A DNA stretch of 64,000 bases, taken from NCBI GenBank assembly GCA_030390025.1, contig CM059432.1:132620001-132684000 (forward strand). The letters are read 5' to 3'. Made by a program: the position numbers and the translations under genes. The notes beneath the pieces were generated by a model, which was not told where the DNA came from, ran no database searches, and was given only the letters and a program-made list of their open reading frames with translations. Of this stretch, positions 13,932 through 24,705 are shown one piece after another. The stretch's first letter is position 1. Each line of letters begins with the position of its first letter. The stretch comes from Squalus acanthias (lineage: Eukaryota).

Positions 13932-14354
13932 CTGTTATAGGAAGCAAACAGATTAACAAATGATTATCGGTGTACATTGACAGTTTTTTTTTAAAAAAAA
14001 GCTTTCCAACAATAAAACTTGCAAGCTATTACTCCCGGGGGGCAGAAGGAAGAGACGCTGGATCTTAGGCATTAACCAATACCTGCATCTTACAATAGTA
14101 CAGGCTAAATATTGTCAGAAGATACTACGGCTTGGTTTCAAAATAAACTATTCTGCTTAATACTGACCTAAATGACTATCCAATAATTTTCATCCAGAGA
14201 TCTATGTATCTACTTTTCCTTGCAGGATTTTAATAGTTTGTAGGTAGAATTGACATCAAGCTAAAATTACAGAATACTAACAGTGGCAAATGATCACTGG
14301 AAGAATTGATAGTCTGTAATATTAAACATGATGCATCTGTGCACCCTTTGTGGA

Positions 14355-14560
14355 GCAGAGGAGATCGCCTGGTGTCCTGGCCAACATTTAATTATTTTAC
14401 CACCACCACCAAAAAACAGATTATCAGGTCATTTGTCTCATTGCTGTTTGCAGGACCTTGCTGTACGTACTGCAACAGTGACTACGTTTCAAAAGTACTT
14501 TATTGGCCATGAAGCATTTTGTGAAAGGTGCTATATAAATTCAAGGTCACTTGTTCTTTT
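14355..14560 (+). mobile_element. Deu-SINE 3' fragment
   Basis: GGTGTCCTGGCCAACATT...CAGATTATC.GGTCATT...AAAAGTACTTTATTGGC, matching ~40670-40882. Confidence 0.75.
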
Positions 14561-14679
14561 TATCTCAAGTTAAAAAGCAACCTTGGTAACCTGTTTGAAC
14601 GCTAGCAAAACCTCAACCCCATATCTTCTCTATCACAAAGATTCCAACCCCACCCATACATCAGCCCATCTGCCACTGA

Positions 14680-15180
14680 AATGCTCAGACATGCATTTGT
14701 CATCTCCAGACTCCATTACCCCAATGTTCTCCTGGCCGGCCTCCCTGACCTCCCATCTTACATAAACTTAGCTCATCTAAAACTCTGAAGCCTGTATCCT
14801 ATCCTGCACCAAGTCCCACTCACCCGTCACCCTGGTTCTAACTTACCTATATTGGCTCCTGGTCCCCTAACACCTCAAATTTAAAACTGTTATCCCTTTG
14901 TTTATAGTCCTCCATTGCCACATACATCGCTGCAACCTCCTCCAGCCCTACAACCATCCCCTCAAACTCTCCATTCCCAACTCCTCCCTCTTGAATTCCA
15001 TCCCTAAACCCCTCTCCTTCATTAAGATTCTCCTTAAAACCCATTTCTTGAACCACGCTTTTGGACACACTGTGTAATCTCTCCTCCTTTGTTTGGCTCA
15101 GTGCCAGTTTTTCTCATGCCTCTGGTGAAATACCTTTGAACGTTTGACCACATGAAAAGACGCTTTATAAATTCAAGATG
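14680..15180 (+). mobile_element. L2 LINE 3' fragment
   Basis: Homologous, in the opposite orientation, to ~11650-12200. Confidence 0.6.
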
Positions 15181-15866
15181 TTATTTAAATTAATAAGCTC
15201 AGGGATATAGAGGATCAGTCAAGGACATGTGATTAGATACAGGATAGTAGTACAAGGGGACATCAGTAGAAGTTGATAAAGACTCAAGCAGGATGTAAGA
15301 AAGCATTTCTTCACAAAAGGAAGTGTGGTTTTTGGAACTGGTTACCAAAGGAGCTTGCAGGGGCAAGTAGCTTAGATCAAATTAGGCAAGCATCTTGAAG
15401 AGAAACATTAATCAGTTACAACTGCTAGGCAGTACAAAGACAGACTAGATAGACCGATTGTCTTTTATGGACTTCAGATTTTCTATATCTATATTTAATT
15501 AACTTTTATGCAAATCCCTGACATTAACTGTAAATATACTAAAGTAACAGTATCTGTAGAGCTGTACCAATTGTTTTAACAAATCAATGCACTATTTTTC
15601 TAATACAGTAAGCTAGCTTGAAAATGGCATTACTTTGCTATTCAAATCTGCAGTCAGCATCACCCAACACACATCAGCTGTTTAGCTGGTAGACTCCAGA
15701 GCAAAAAAAACAAAATAAATAGTGGAATTTCATTGTATGTTTGCCAACTTGTAGTGAGAGATTGGAAATAGCAAGAAAAATGGGTCGATACTTGGGTTCT
15801 ATGATCATATTAGTTAGCTTAAAATGACAATCATCTACAATAATCTGACAAATATCCACACTAATA

Positions 15867-16257
15867 GGGGTACGATAGCATAGTGGTTAGGGTACTGGAC
15901 TAGTCATCCGGAGACCTGGACTTAATTGATCTGGAGACATGAGTTCAAATCCCACCACGGCAGCTGGGGAATTTAAATTCAGTTAATTAAATAATTCTCG
16001 AATAGAAAGCTAATATCAGTAATGGTGACCGTGAAACTACCGGATTGTCGTAAAAACCCTTCTGGTTCACTAATGTCCTTTAGGGAAGAAAATCTGCTGT
16101 CCTGACCCATAGCAATGTGGTTGACTCTTAACTGCTCTCTGCGGTTCAAGAAGACGGCTAACCACCACACCACCACCTTCTCAAGGGCAATTGGAGATGG
16201 GCAATAAATGCTGGCCTTGCCAGCGACGCCCACATCCCATGAACGAATAAAAAAAAA
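15867..16257 (+). mobile_element. tRNA-derived SINE sharing its middle and tail with LINE family B
   Basis: A box TAGCATAGTGG (15876), B box GAGTTCAAATCC (15941). 16010-16140 matches 63610->63460; 16141-16257 matches the family-B LINE 3' end and A tail. Confidence 0.85.
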
Positions 16258-16782
16258 TCAACGCTTTTAATTGGGATTAGCAGCTTCTAAGGGTAGCATG
16301 GAATTGCTCAGTTTTTATGTTACTTTTAACAGAATTAAGTTCACACTATCGAAGTGCAATTTGAAGTACTCATGTTTGTGAGAACTCTTCGAGAGAAAAA
16401 CTGAAACTGTATTGTGAATCTCATACTGCTATTATCAAGTACATTTAAACAATATACTATATTATTCCCCATTAAATATTTAATGCAGTAACCACAAAAC
16501 ATATTCAACGGCAATATACTGCAACCTCTTAACTGCCACTATCCCTATTGGTAAATAATGAAAATTTGTAGATAATCAAGTTTCCCAAAATCTGGCAGAA
16601 TGTAACATTACTCTCAGCACAGGAATTAAGGCATGTACTATACAATTTTTTTTTAAAAACTGTTTTATTCATCAAGAAGGGAGGTGGAATACAAATCTCA
16701 TGTAAAATTTTGTTTTGCAAAAATTCTCAGATAACGTGTCACTGTACTGCATTATTGTAGAATTTACAACTCTATTGTGTAC

Positions 16783-16937
16783 CTTGTATGAAGACTCCTC
16801 CTATCATAACAGGAATCAGCTTGCAGCATTTAAAGATTACTTGAGTTGGATAATTCAGATAACCAAGAGAGGTGTTTGACAAGCCCATAGTGCCCACTGT
16901 TAGAAATGCTATGAGCATGTATGTTTTCCAGGGGATT
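16783..16937 (-). CDS. SLC35B3: SLC35B3 exon: IPWKTYMLIAFLTVGTMGLSNTSLGYLNYPTQVIFKCCKLIPVMIGGVFIQ
   Basis: 155 bp; TTTTGCAG| acceptor, |GTACAC donor; conserved SLC35B motif YPTQVIFKCCKLIPVM. Confidence 0.97.
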
Positions 16938-17693
16938 CTGCAAAACAAGGCACAGAAATGGGGTTGTAAGCAAAATTCAGTGAATTCTGATGCTTAATAG
17001 GATTTGTTGGGAGGCTACACATCACGGTTTACAATTTTTAATAATGCAGTTAAAAAAAAAAAGCACAACATCTACCTTCCTTGGGGGATTTCGACTTCAC
17101 TTGGACTCAAGCAAAAAATGCTTTGGTAAGATGTTTAAACATGTAAACCACACTTACATTCTGAAATGTTACATTATTCTACACAATGCTCATTATTCTA
17201 CACAATGCTCATTTTAAATTAACACTCGTTGGACCATGTTTAAAAGGTTCATCTGTTCCTTGTGATTGGCTCTTTGTAGAGAATAAATGACCTGCATAAA
17301 GTAACATGGGTTTAACTCAATTCCAAAGTGATTATTCCATCATCATGGCATGTAAATTATTTTTAAATACAATTAAAATCAACGTTGTCTAAAAGCTGAT
17401 ATAAAGTGATAGTATATTTATTCTTAAAAGTTAAAAAAATCAGATTGATGAAACTTTGTTAAGTGTATACAGAATATAACAAACAAAATTGGGAAAAAAA
17501 AGTGCAATGTTTGTGAATTTTAGTCAATTGAGAAAAATTATGCTGTTGACTACAGCAGGACTATACCATTTTCACAGAATTTTTAAAAATGCAAGGCCTA
17601 ATGATAAACACTTAAATGAGTGCATTTGTTAGACATTAACCACAAAATATTCAAGTTTTAAAAAAAACTACCACCAATTTTCTTTCGAACACA

Positions 17694-18676
17694 GGCTCCT
17701 CTGATGGATCAGTAAGTAGCTGAGCCACACAGACCAGGAAGATCCAGGCCTGGAGTTTCCGCTAGGTGACGTTGGTGTTTTCAGCGCAATTCTCCCAAAA
17801 TCGGCCAAACCAGTGCAAAAGATCGAGGAATTTCAAGCGCAAATCGGGTTTCCGCGATCTATTGCGCTAATTTTAAAAACATCGCGCTGGTATCCGGCCC
17901 CGCCCACAAAACTGGCCACGCCCCTGATCAAATTAATCATCATGGCGAGTTTCTGCTAATTGCGCCCTTTTGCGGGCCTTCGAGGAGGCTCTTAAAATTA
18001 AACTTTTTTTGGGCGCAAGGACACCAATAGGCACGTTTTAAAAGCTTTCAAATATTAAAATGTTTTAAGAAATTGATTGCTGTACATCAACTTAACTAGT
18101 AATTGGTTCTGTAAAGTTTTTTTTAAAGTCATTTTAAGTTATTTAAATTCGGGTTACTCACAGTTGCTGGACTAGACAGTCTGATTAAAATGCTTATTTT
18201 TTGTGATTAAACCCATTTTCAGCTATATGAATAAAACTACACCAGGTTACCACTCAAAAAGATCAAGGGATATATTTCGATGCAATTTAAAAAATGTACA
18301 TTCTAAAAGGTTATCCGATTGCGCTGGTTCATGGCAGGTTTTACGCTTGGCAGTATGCAAATGAGTTTGAGCAGAAACTTGAGCAAAAAACAACACTCAA
18401 AACGGAAACTCTTGGCCCCTAGGTTTGATCCCCAGACCCAAAAGATCCTAGATTTGATCCCCAATCAGTGCAGCATGAGCAGATCTCAGACAGGACATTG
18501 ACTGGGTGCTATAATTGACATCAGTGCTATGGGTTGGCTTTGGATCACTAGCCAGTAGATAGCAGTGCACATGCCAGACAGGATGGGATTGGATTTGGTT
18601 GTGATGTCCCTTATGGTCAAATAGTTTGCTGATACTTCAGTCAAGGTTCATGCACAAGTTATGGCCACTTGAGGAA
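17694..18676 (+). mobile_element. LF-SINE-like element interrupted by a Harbinger MITE
   Basis: GAGCCACACAGACCAGGAAGATCC|AGGTTTGATCCCC...GGTGCTATAATTGACATCAGTGC...GTGATGTCCC...ATGGCCACTTG resembles the LF-SINE consensus as I recall it. Confidence 0.65.
17747..18418. mobile_element. PIF/Harbinger-like MITE
   Basis: TIRs GGCCTGGAGTTTCCG / CGGAAACTCTTGGCC; splits the LF-SINE-like head. Confidence 0.7.
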
Positions 18677-19127
18677 GAAAACAGGTTTATACTATTTTTT
18701 AAATTTTCTGCTCAGTTTTTAGTCTAGGGTAAATCTCTATCAATATTTATATTACTTCAACAGATAAAGAACACAATATATTTGTTTTGTACTAAACTCG
18801 TTATGGTTTTTACTTTTACAGTATGTAAAGATAAAGACCAGCAAACTGGCCTACTGAAAATGGATGCTACAAGTGATTGATTTTTATTGTTTGCGCCAAA
18901 AAAATGTAGCTACTGCATATTGCCATCAACTACAAATGCAATGAGCAGTGTAATGTACCAATCCTGGTTTTGTTTAATCCACCGTTAACCCAGTAAAAGC
19001 AATTTTAGCAATGCCTTCGATGTATACTGTACTTGGAACAGCTTTAGTGAAAGCTTGAGTTGATTATAAACAAGGATCAAATAACAAGGACTAACTTGTG
19101 TACAAAATAACTATCCAAATGAAAAGA

Positions 19128-19556
19128 GGCCTTTCCCGTGTCAGCTGTGGCTCAGTTGGTAGCACCCTCACCTCTGAGTCAGGAGGTTGTGGGTTCAGGT
19201 CCCACTCCAGAGACTCGAGCACAAAAATCTAGGCCGACACTTCAGTGCCGTACTGAGGGAGTGCTGCACTGTTGGAGGTGCAGTCTTTCGGATGAGATGT
19301 TCGGATGGCAGCTGCTTGTCTCTTTAACTGTCTTTCGGATGATATGTTAACGGAGGCCCCTTCTGCCCTCTCAGGTGGACATAAAAGATCCCATGGCACT
19401 ATTTCAAAGAAGAGCAGGGGAGTTATCCCCGGTGTCCTGGCCAATTTTTATCCCTCAATCAACATCAATAAAAAACAGATTATCTGGTCATTATCACAGT
19501 GCTGTTTGTGGGAGCTTGTTGTGCGAAAATTGGCTGCCTACATTTCAAGTGACTAC
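19128..19556 (+). mobile_element. Deu-SINE (SacSINE1-like), followed by a CR1 tail fragment to ~19715
   Basis: tRNA head TGGCTCAGTTGGTAGCAC...GGTTCAGGTCCC; Deu domain GTGGACATAAAAGATCCCATGGCACTATTTC.AAGAAGAGCAGGGGAG. Confidence 0.85.
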
Positions 19557-20139
19557 ACAGGGATTCAATAGCAACTTTTAAAAGGGAATTGGACATATAC
19601 CTGAAAAAGGAAAACAATTGCAGGGCTATGGGGAAACAGCAAGGGAGTGGGACTAATTAGATAGAGCCGGCACATGCACATGGGCTGAATGGCCTCCTTC
19701 TGTGCTGTATCTGATTCATTTATAGTATCAAATAATCCAGTGCTCCATCAAAGTAATGTGATTAAAATCTGTCAGTTTTAAAAGGCAATTATTACTGTAC
19801 AGCAAAACCAACATTGGATATCCAATTCTGATCATCCCAAATGTATATTCAACCCATGGTTAGTAGAGATCATAAGACAGTCATAGTTGTGAAAGACGTT
19901 CAAAGCATCACTGCTGATACTGAGCAGCGCAAAAACTGGCCACTTCACCTGTTACACCACTTACAGATTTAAAAATGGTTGACTGAAAACATTTTGAACT
20001 GGCATGTAAACAATTACACAGAAACGTGTTCCCTTTAAAGATCTCAGCTAACTTTGGATCATACCTTATTTTTTTTTATTTTGCTGACTAAAGTTTCAAT
20101 AGGGATTATTATAATTTACACGTAATTACCGATCATTAC

Positions 20140-20261
20140 CTCCTTCTCTTGTCCTGCGTGAGCTGAAGCTCGATCAGACCGAATATGGAATAAAAAGCAA
20201 ACTGCACCAGAGTGAGGTACCAGCCGAACGGTTTGAAGCCTTCCACAGAGAAAATAAGTTC
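20140..20261 (-). CDS. SLC35B3: SLC35B3 exon: ELIFSVEGFKPFGWYLTLVQFAFYSIFGLIELQLTQDKRR(R)
   Basis: 122 bp; GCAG| acceptor, |GTAATG donor; phase consistent with both neighbours; translation matches PAPST2. Confidence 0.97.
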
Positions 20262-20417
20262 CTGCAAACCGGGGGAGTCAAGAAAAAGAGATTGAATGTT
20301 AACTTAAATGCAATATTATGCTATGCAACAGACAAAATCCACAACGATCTCTGAAATAATGGGGCAATTTTTCCAACAAAAATAAAACTGCAAGTGTTTA
20401 TCAGACTTGTGACTGAC

Positions 20418-20673
20418 CTGCAGGTATCCATAGATGAGATAGAAGACGAAGACCCCGGCCACACAGATGAGGAACTGCACGGTCCTGGAGAAGTCGGTCA
20501 GGTTGAAGCCGATCACCCGCAGTTCGTCCACCGACTTGATGTGCGGGGACATGGAGTCGGGTTTGTCGGGCACGCTGATGGAGATGTACTTCCTGGAACC
20601 GGAGCCGCTCATTTCCTCCACCGAGTCGGCCAGGCGCTGCCACCAGCCGCCGCCGCGGCCCGCGGGCTCGGCG
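20418..20673 (-). CDS. SLC35B3: SLC35B3 (PAPST2) exon: MSGSGSRKYISISVPDKPDSMSPHIKSVDELRVIGFNLTDFSRTVQFLICVAGVFVFYLIYGYLQ
   Basis: Matches the vertebrate PAPST2 N-terminus (SRKYISI...MSPHIKSVD...ICVAGVFVFYLIYGYLQ). In-frame ATG at 20612; donor CAG|GTCAGT at 20418/20417. The 5' boundary (20673) is inferred. Confidence 0.95.
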
Positions 20674-20859
20674 CTGCACCAAACACAACCGCAAGAGTCA
20701 GTGTGCGCACCCAGAGCCTCTAGCGCTTCATCCTCCCCTTTAATGTCATCTGCGGTTATTACTGTTATTATTTACTGTATGCGTGTCTCGGGTGCCATGA
20801 GTCGGCCCTCCGCAATGAGCTCCCAAAATCCACGATAGGCCCCAATCCCCTCCCCCAAC

Positions 20860-20873
20860 CTGCCAACTGTCAT
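20860..20873 (-). CDS. SLC35B3: Probable first coding micro-exon of SLC35B3 (ATG ACA GTT GGC AG)
   Basis: ATG at 20873-20871 is followed by donor AG|GTTGGG (GT at 20859-20858). It splices in frame to acceptor TTTGGTGCAG| at 20673, giving MTVGSAEPAGRGGGWWQRLADSVEEMSGSGSRKYIS. Inferred from splice signals and frame only. Confidence 0.5.
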
Positions 20874-20915
20874 CGCCACGGAAACGCCGCCGCTCCTGCG
20901 CGTGCGCGCGACTCT

Positions 20916-21067
20916 GCGCCTGCGTCAACCGGGGAGGGGAACGGAGTCACCGCGCCTGCGTCAACGGGGAGGGGAACGGAGCCACCGCGCCTGCGTCAAC
21001 GGGGAGGGGAACGGAGCCACCGCGCCTGCGTCAACGGGGAGGGGAACGGAGCCACCGCGCCTGCGCA
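20916..21067. repeat. 35-bp minisatellite (4 copies + partial) in the promoter
   Basis: Unit GCGCCTGCGTCAACGGGGAGGGGAACGGAGCCACC starts at 20916 (36-bp variant), 20952, 20987 and 21022; partial copy at 21057. Confidence 0.95.
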
Positions 21068-22520
21068 TGAACTGGGAGCACGGACGAGCCGACGCTGTTG
21101 ATGACGTGTTCCTGGCACGTCGCTCCCACGTGACCTAGGGCGCAGGCGCACTGAAGCATCTTGAGGGCTGTCACCCCTGCGCCCCCCTCCTCCTCCCCTT
21201 CCCCACACACGCCCCTTCCACCGGGCAGTCCCGCTTTATACTTCAAATACGGCGCATTCCACGCTCACAATTGAATTCAACATCACGCATGGCGCCAGCG
21301 CTGCTCGAACTTTTGAGCCACCCGGCCTCTGGTCCTGTCAAACCCTGGACTGCCGGCCAGTACTACTGGACCCAAAGTTATCCCAGTGCTGCCCGACACA
21401 GGGAACACCTGCCCAGTGCTGCCAGATCCCTAAGTCTCAGAGATAAAAATTCAGTACATTGGTGAAGGAACACACGATAGGCCACTGATTTACAATTTTC
21501 AAGGAAAAACGGACAGAACCACTGAATTCAATTTCCAAAATACCAGTAGAATTCCTGCAATAAAAATGCAATTTGACTTATCTACTGTAAATCAGTCTCG
21601 TGTTACATGGCATAATACCCCTGTTGCCATAAAACAGCGCATTCTCTGAACTTTTGAACTGTGCAAAGGAGATCCACTAATGCAATATAAAAATGTATAG
21701 ACATTGTACAAAAGTCACTACTTTATAGTTCAGTTATCAAAATAGTTGATGACTGCATTAACATCATCTTAGTACCTGTGAGTCTCAGTCTCAGTCATCC
21801 CTTGTCCGTAACTATTCGTTACTGAATCAGCTTTTCTGAGAACGTCTCTGCTTTCAACATCAAGTTGTTTTGTCAACTTCCTGAAACATGAGCTTTTTGG
21901 TGGGTTGGTCTGGGTTGATAATTAAACTCAGGGTTACTTGAGAGGGTTGAGACAAATTGCCAGTAATCAGAGCGAGAACCCTGGGTGAACTTGTATTTTG
22001 GTGCCTTTCTTTGAGTTTAAGTGTGTAGTAGTATTAGTGAAAAGAAACCCCATTTTTAAATATCTAAACCCTCTTGCATCCATTAAAAACAAAGTCAACC
22101 TGCCGATAGGTTGGCATTCTCTAGGGAAATTTCACCTATGACTAAAAGTAAACAGAGTGACTCACTTCCAATTACTACATATCTAAATATTAACACCCCT
22201 CTCTTGAACAAGGCTCAATAAAAGTCTGTGCATTAAACACATGAAGGGATAATTACTAGTCCTAGCCCCTTTATGGCTACCCCGGATCAGGCGTATTCCT
22301 CAGACGTTCACTTTCAACTAAAGTTTGAGGTAGCCGAATCCTAAAGACGCTTAATTGGGTCTAAAGGTCTGGACCATCTCTTCCTAAAGGAAAGGAACAA
22401 CCTGAAAATGTTACCGTCCTCCAGATAGCACTTTTAATAAGTTTAGCTAGACTGTAACCTTCCAGATATTATGAGGGTCCGGAAAACTCCCCCAGAATTC
22501 TGCAACTCCTCACCAAAGAG

Positions 22521-24433
22521 TGTACAGAGATTGAGTTTGCGAGTTTGATACAGAAGTATTATGTGAGACAATTCTAAAAATATATAGATTTATTAAAGAA
22601 CCGACATGTATTTTACAGTTGGTGATTCAATCGCAACATTAACAGTTCCAAAAAGAGAAAGCTTACAATTCTTTTATCAGAGATCCTTATTCTCAAATCT
22701 TAACTTCGCTACAGTTTTACAGTTCTTAAAGCTTATTCAGGATACCCAACAAAATCAAATACAGTACCTTGATCCCCGAGATACAAAGAGTTGTAGACTT
22801 ACAGAGCCGCCTCTGAAGCCTGAGAATCGCTTTGCCCTTTTACAGCGAGACTAGTATCCTATTTGAGATTTCAATATTTATACCCTTTTCCAGTGGTATT
22901 CCTTTAAGGTTTTCTGCTGATGTAAGCTAATTATCTCTAGACATTTTTCTGCTGACTTCTGCAATTCTTACAGTCAGATCAGCTGGTAGCATTAAGAATT
23001 ATGGGGGAAAAATTCAGTATCGCCCCATTTGGGGTGCAATTATCGGCCGGGCGCAAAGATTAGCGCCTGGCGCTAATTATCGCCTCTGACTGCAAACTTG
23101 GCTTTTATCGCCCCTGGAGGTGATTGGAGCACTAAATCAGGCGCTTCACACCTGTCTTAAGGCGCAAAGGCCGAGGAGCGAGGTGCTACCTCAGAGTGCT
23201 GGCGAAGCTCATGTGATGTCAGTCAGCAATTGAACACACACACAATGGCGCCGGCCAGTTCTTAAAGGGGAGGGTTGATCTTGCTCTCCATCCACATCCT
23301 GCTCATTGCAGCCTTGAATCTCGGCCTGGAGAGACCTGTACATCAAATCTGCTGGAAAGAACAATGGAGAGAACCAGGGAAAGAGCTCAGAGTGCAGCTC
23401 CCACAGTCTCTTCTAAATCGATACAAGGAAGGGCAAATCAAAATGAACCTGCAAAGTGCTGCTCAGTACCCAAAACTCCTTCACACAGCGTTGAATCTCT
23501 CCAGAAGTCTCTCTCTCTCTCAGAATGCGTGGTGCAAAAATGTCACCAACAAAAAAAGGCAGGAAGCGGTCGCCTTTAAATAGCGCTCCCCCAGTCTCTT
23601 CCTGACTGCAAAACGCTCCCCTCAACATGTCGTTGCTAGCGGCAGGCGGTAAGGCAGGGGGCGCCACTCAATATCCGGTCCGGGGCGTTGCGCACTCGAC
23701 TGACGTCACGATCTGCCGGCGCAAAAGATCATGGCGGTAGTGTTTAGCGCCGCCGCAAAATGTCTAGTTAATTTCATGAGCGGCGCAAACATTGCTGCGC
23801 ACGGGCGCCAGTTGCTTTGCACCCCATTAGCGCCCTCTTAAGGCGCTAACGGGAGGCGCAAACCAACTGAATTTTTCCCCCTATGTCTCTACCCCAGGTG
23901 TTCGAAGCTCACCATAAAAAACGGTGTAACAGCAGGTGCATTTCACTTGATGTCATCTCTACCAAGGCCTTCTGTTTGTGTCTCTTTACGAAGTGTAAAT
24001 TAGAACACCTCAACCAGGGTGATCTATGCAATTCTTAGTCACCTCAGCTGGTTGCAACACAGAATTATGTCTCCTGTGTAGGTGTCTTAAGCTTAACAAA
24101 AAAACGGTGTGACGGCAGGTGTTTCTTTTACTTGATGTCATTTTCACGAAGGCATATGTTTCTGCTTCTTTACCAAGTGTAATTTAGGACACCTTAACCA
24201 GGATGCACCATTGTCTTCTTTCCAAAGATTCAGACCGTCAGGAGCCTCTAACCTTCTGTTTCAATAAGGTTATTGATTCAGTGTCAACAACCATCTTATC
24301 TCTATAGCCAGAAAGCTGTAACAGCTTTAGCTTCCAGATTTCCAAACCCAGTTTGTCATGTTTTAATAAGGCCAGAATTCTTTCATAGAATGGTGTATTT
24401 TTCTGAATAGGTTATATGGCTTATTCCTTTACA
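22521..24433 (-). mobile_element. Putative LTR-like sequence (interrupted by a Harbinger MITE)
   Basis: TG...CA ends; minus-strand AATAAA (~22589) and TATAAATA (~22875); imperfect ~100-bp direct repeat (23917-24020 vs 24100-24203). No TSD or clear PBS. Confidence 0.35.
23003..23881 (+). mobile_element. PIF/Harbinger MITE (copy A)
   Basis: 16-bp TIR GGGGGAAAAATTCAGT; TAT target duplication (23000-23002, 23882-23884); highly similar inverted copy at 57453-58349. Confidence 0.9.
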
Positions 24434-24705
24434 CACAGAGGTTCTTTTGTTTATTTTACGGATTGATTGGTGTATTTGGAAGCCTACCTGAACTCACCTG
24501 GTGCCCACCACCAGCCTTGGTAACTGCAGGTCTACCTAGCGATTTTCATGCCGCTCTCAGTGCTCCTCCATGCGTGCTCCCGCCCTCAGGTGAGACAGCC
24601 AGCCCACTCTGCGCTACACATGTGGCTGCTGCTCTCCGCTCCCGCCTCCCGGCTTGCTCCAAGCCCACCACCAGTCAGCGCTCATTCGCTTACTCGTCTG
24701 ATCCA

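Larger units (their letters stand above)
20440..21360. promoter_or_regulatory. CpG island / promoter of SLC35B3
   Basis: Abrupt GC- and CpG-rich block over the first exons. NRF1-like GCGCCTGCGCA (21057-21067) and GCGCAGGCGCA (21140-21150), E-box CACGTGAC (21127-21134), CRE-like TGACGT (21102). Confidence 0.8.

Noticed and set aside
20916..21067. CRISPR-like array of ~35-bp repeats
   Set aside because: Units are head-to-tail with no unique spacers, there are no cas genes, and the context is vertebrate. It is a minisatellite.
23275..23583. ~100-aa ORFs present in both MITE copies
   Set aside because: Shared only because the copies are recent duplicates. Frames differ between copies; only the short Myb-ORF start is meaningful.
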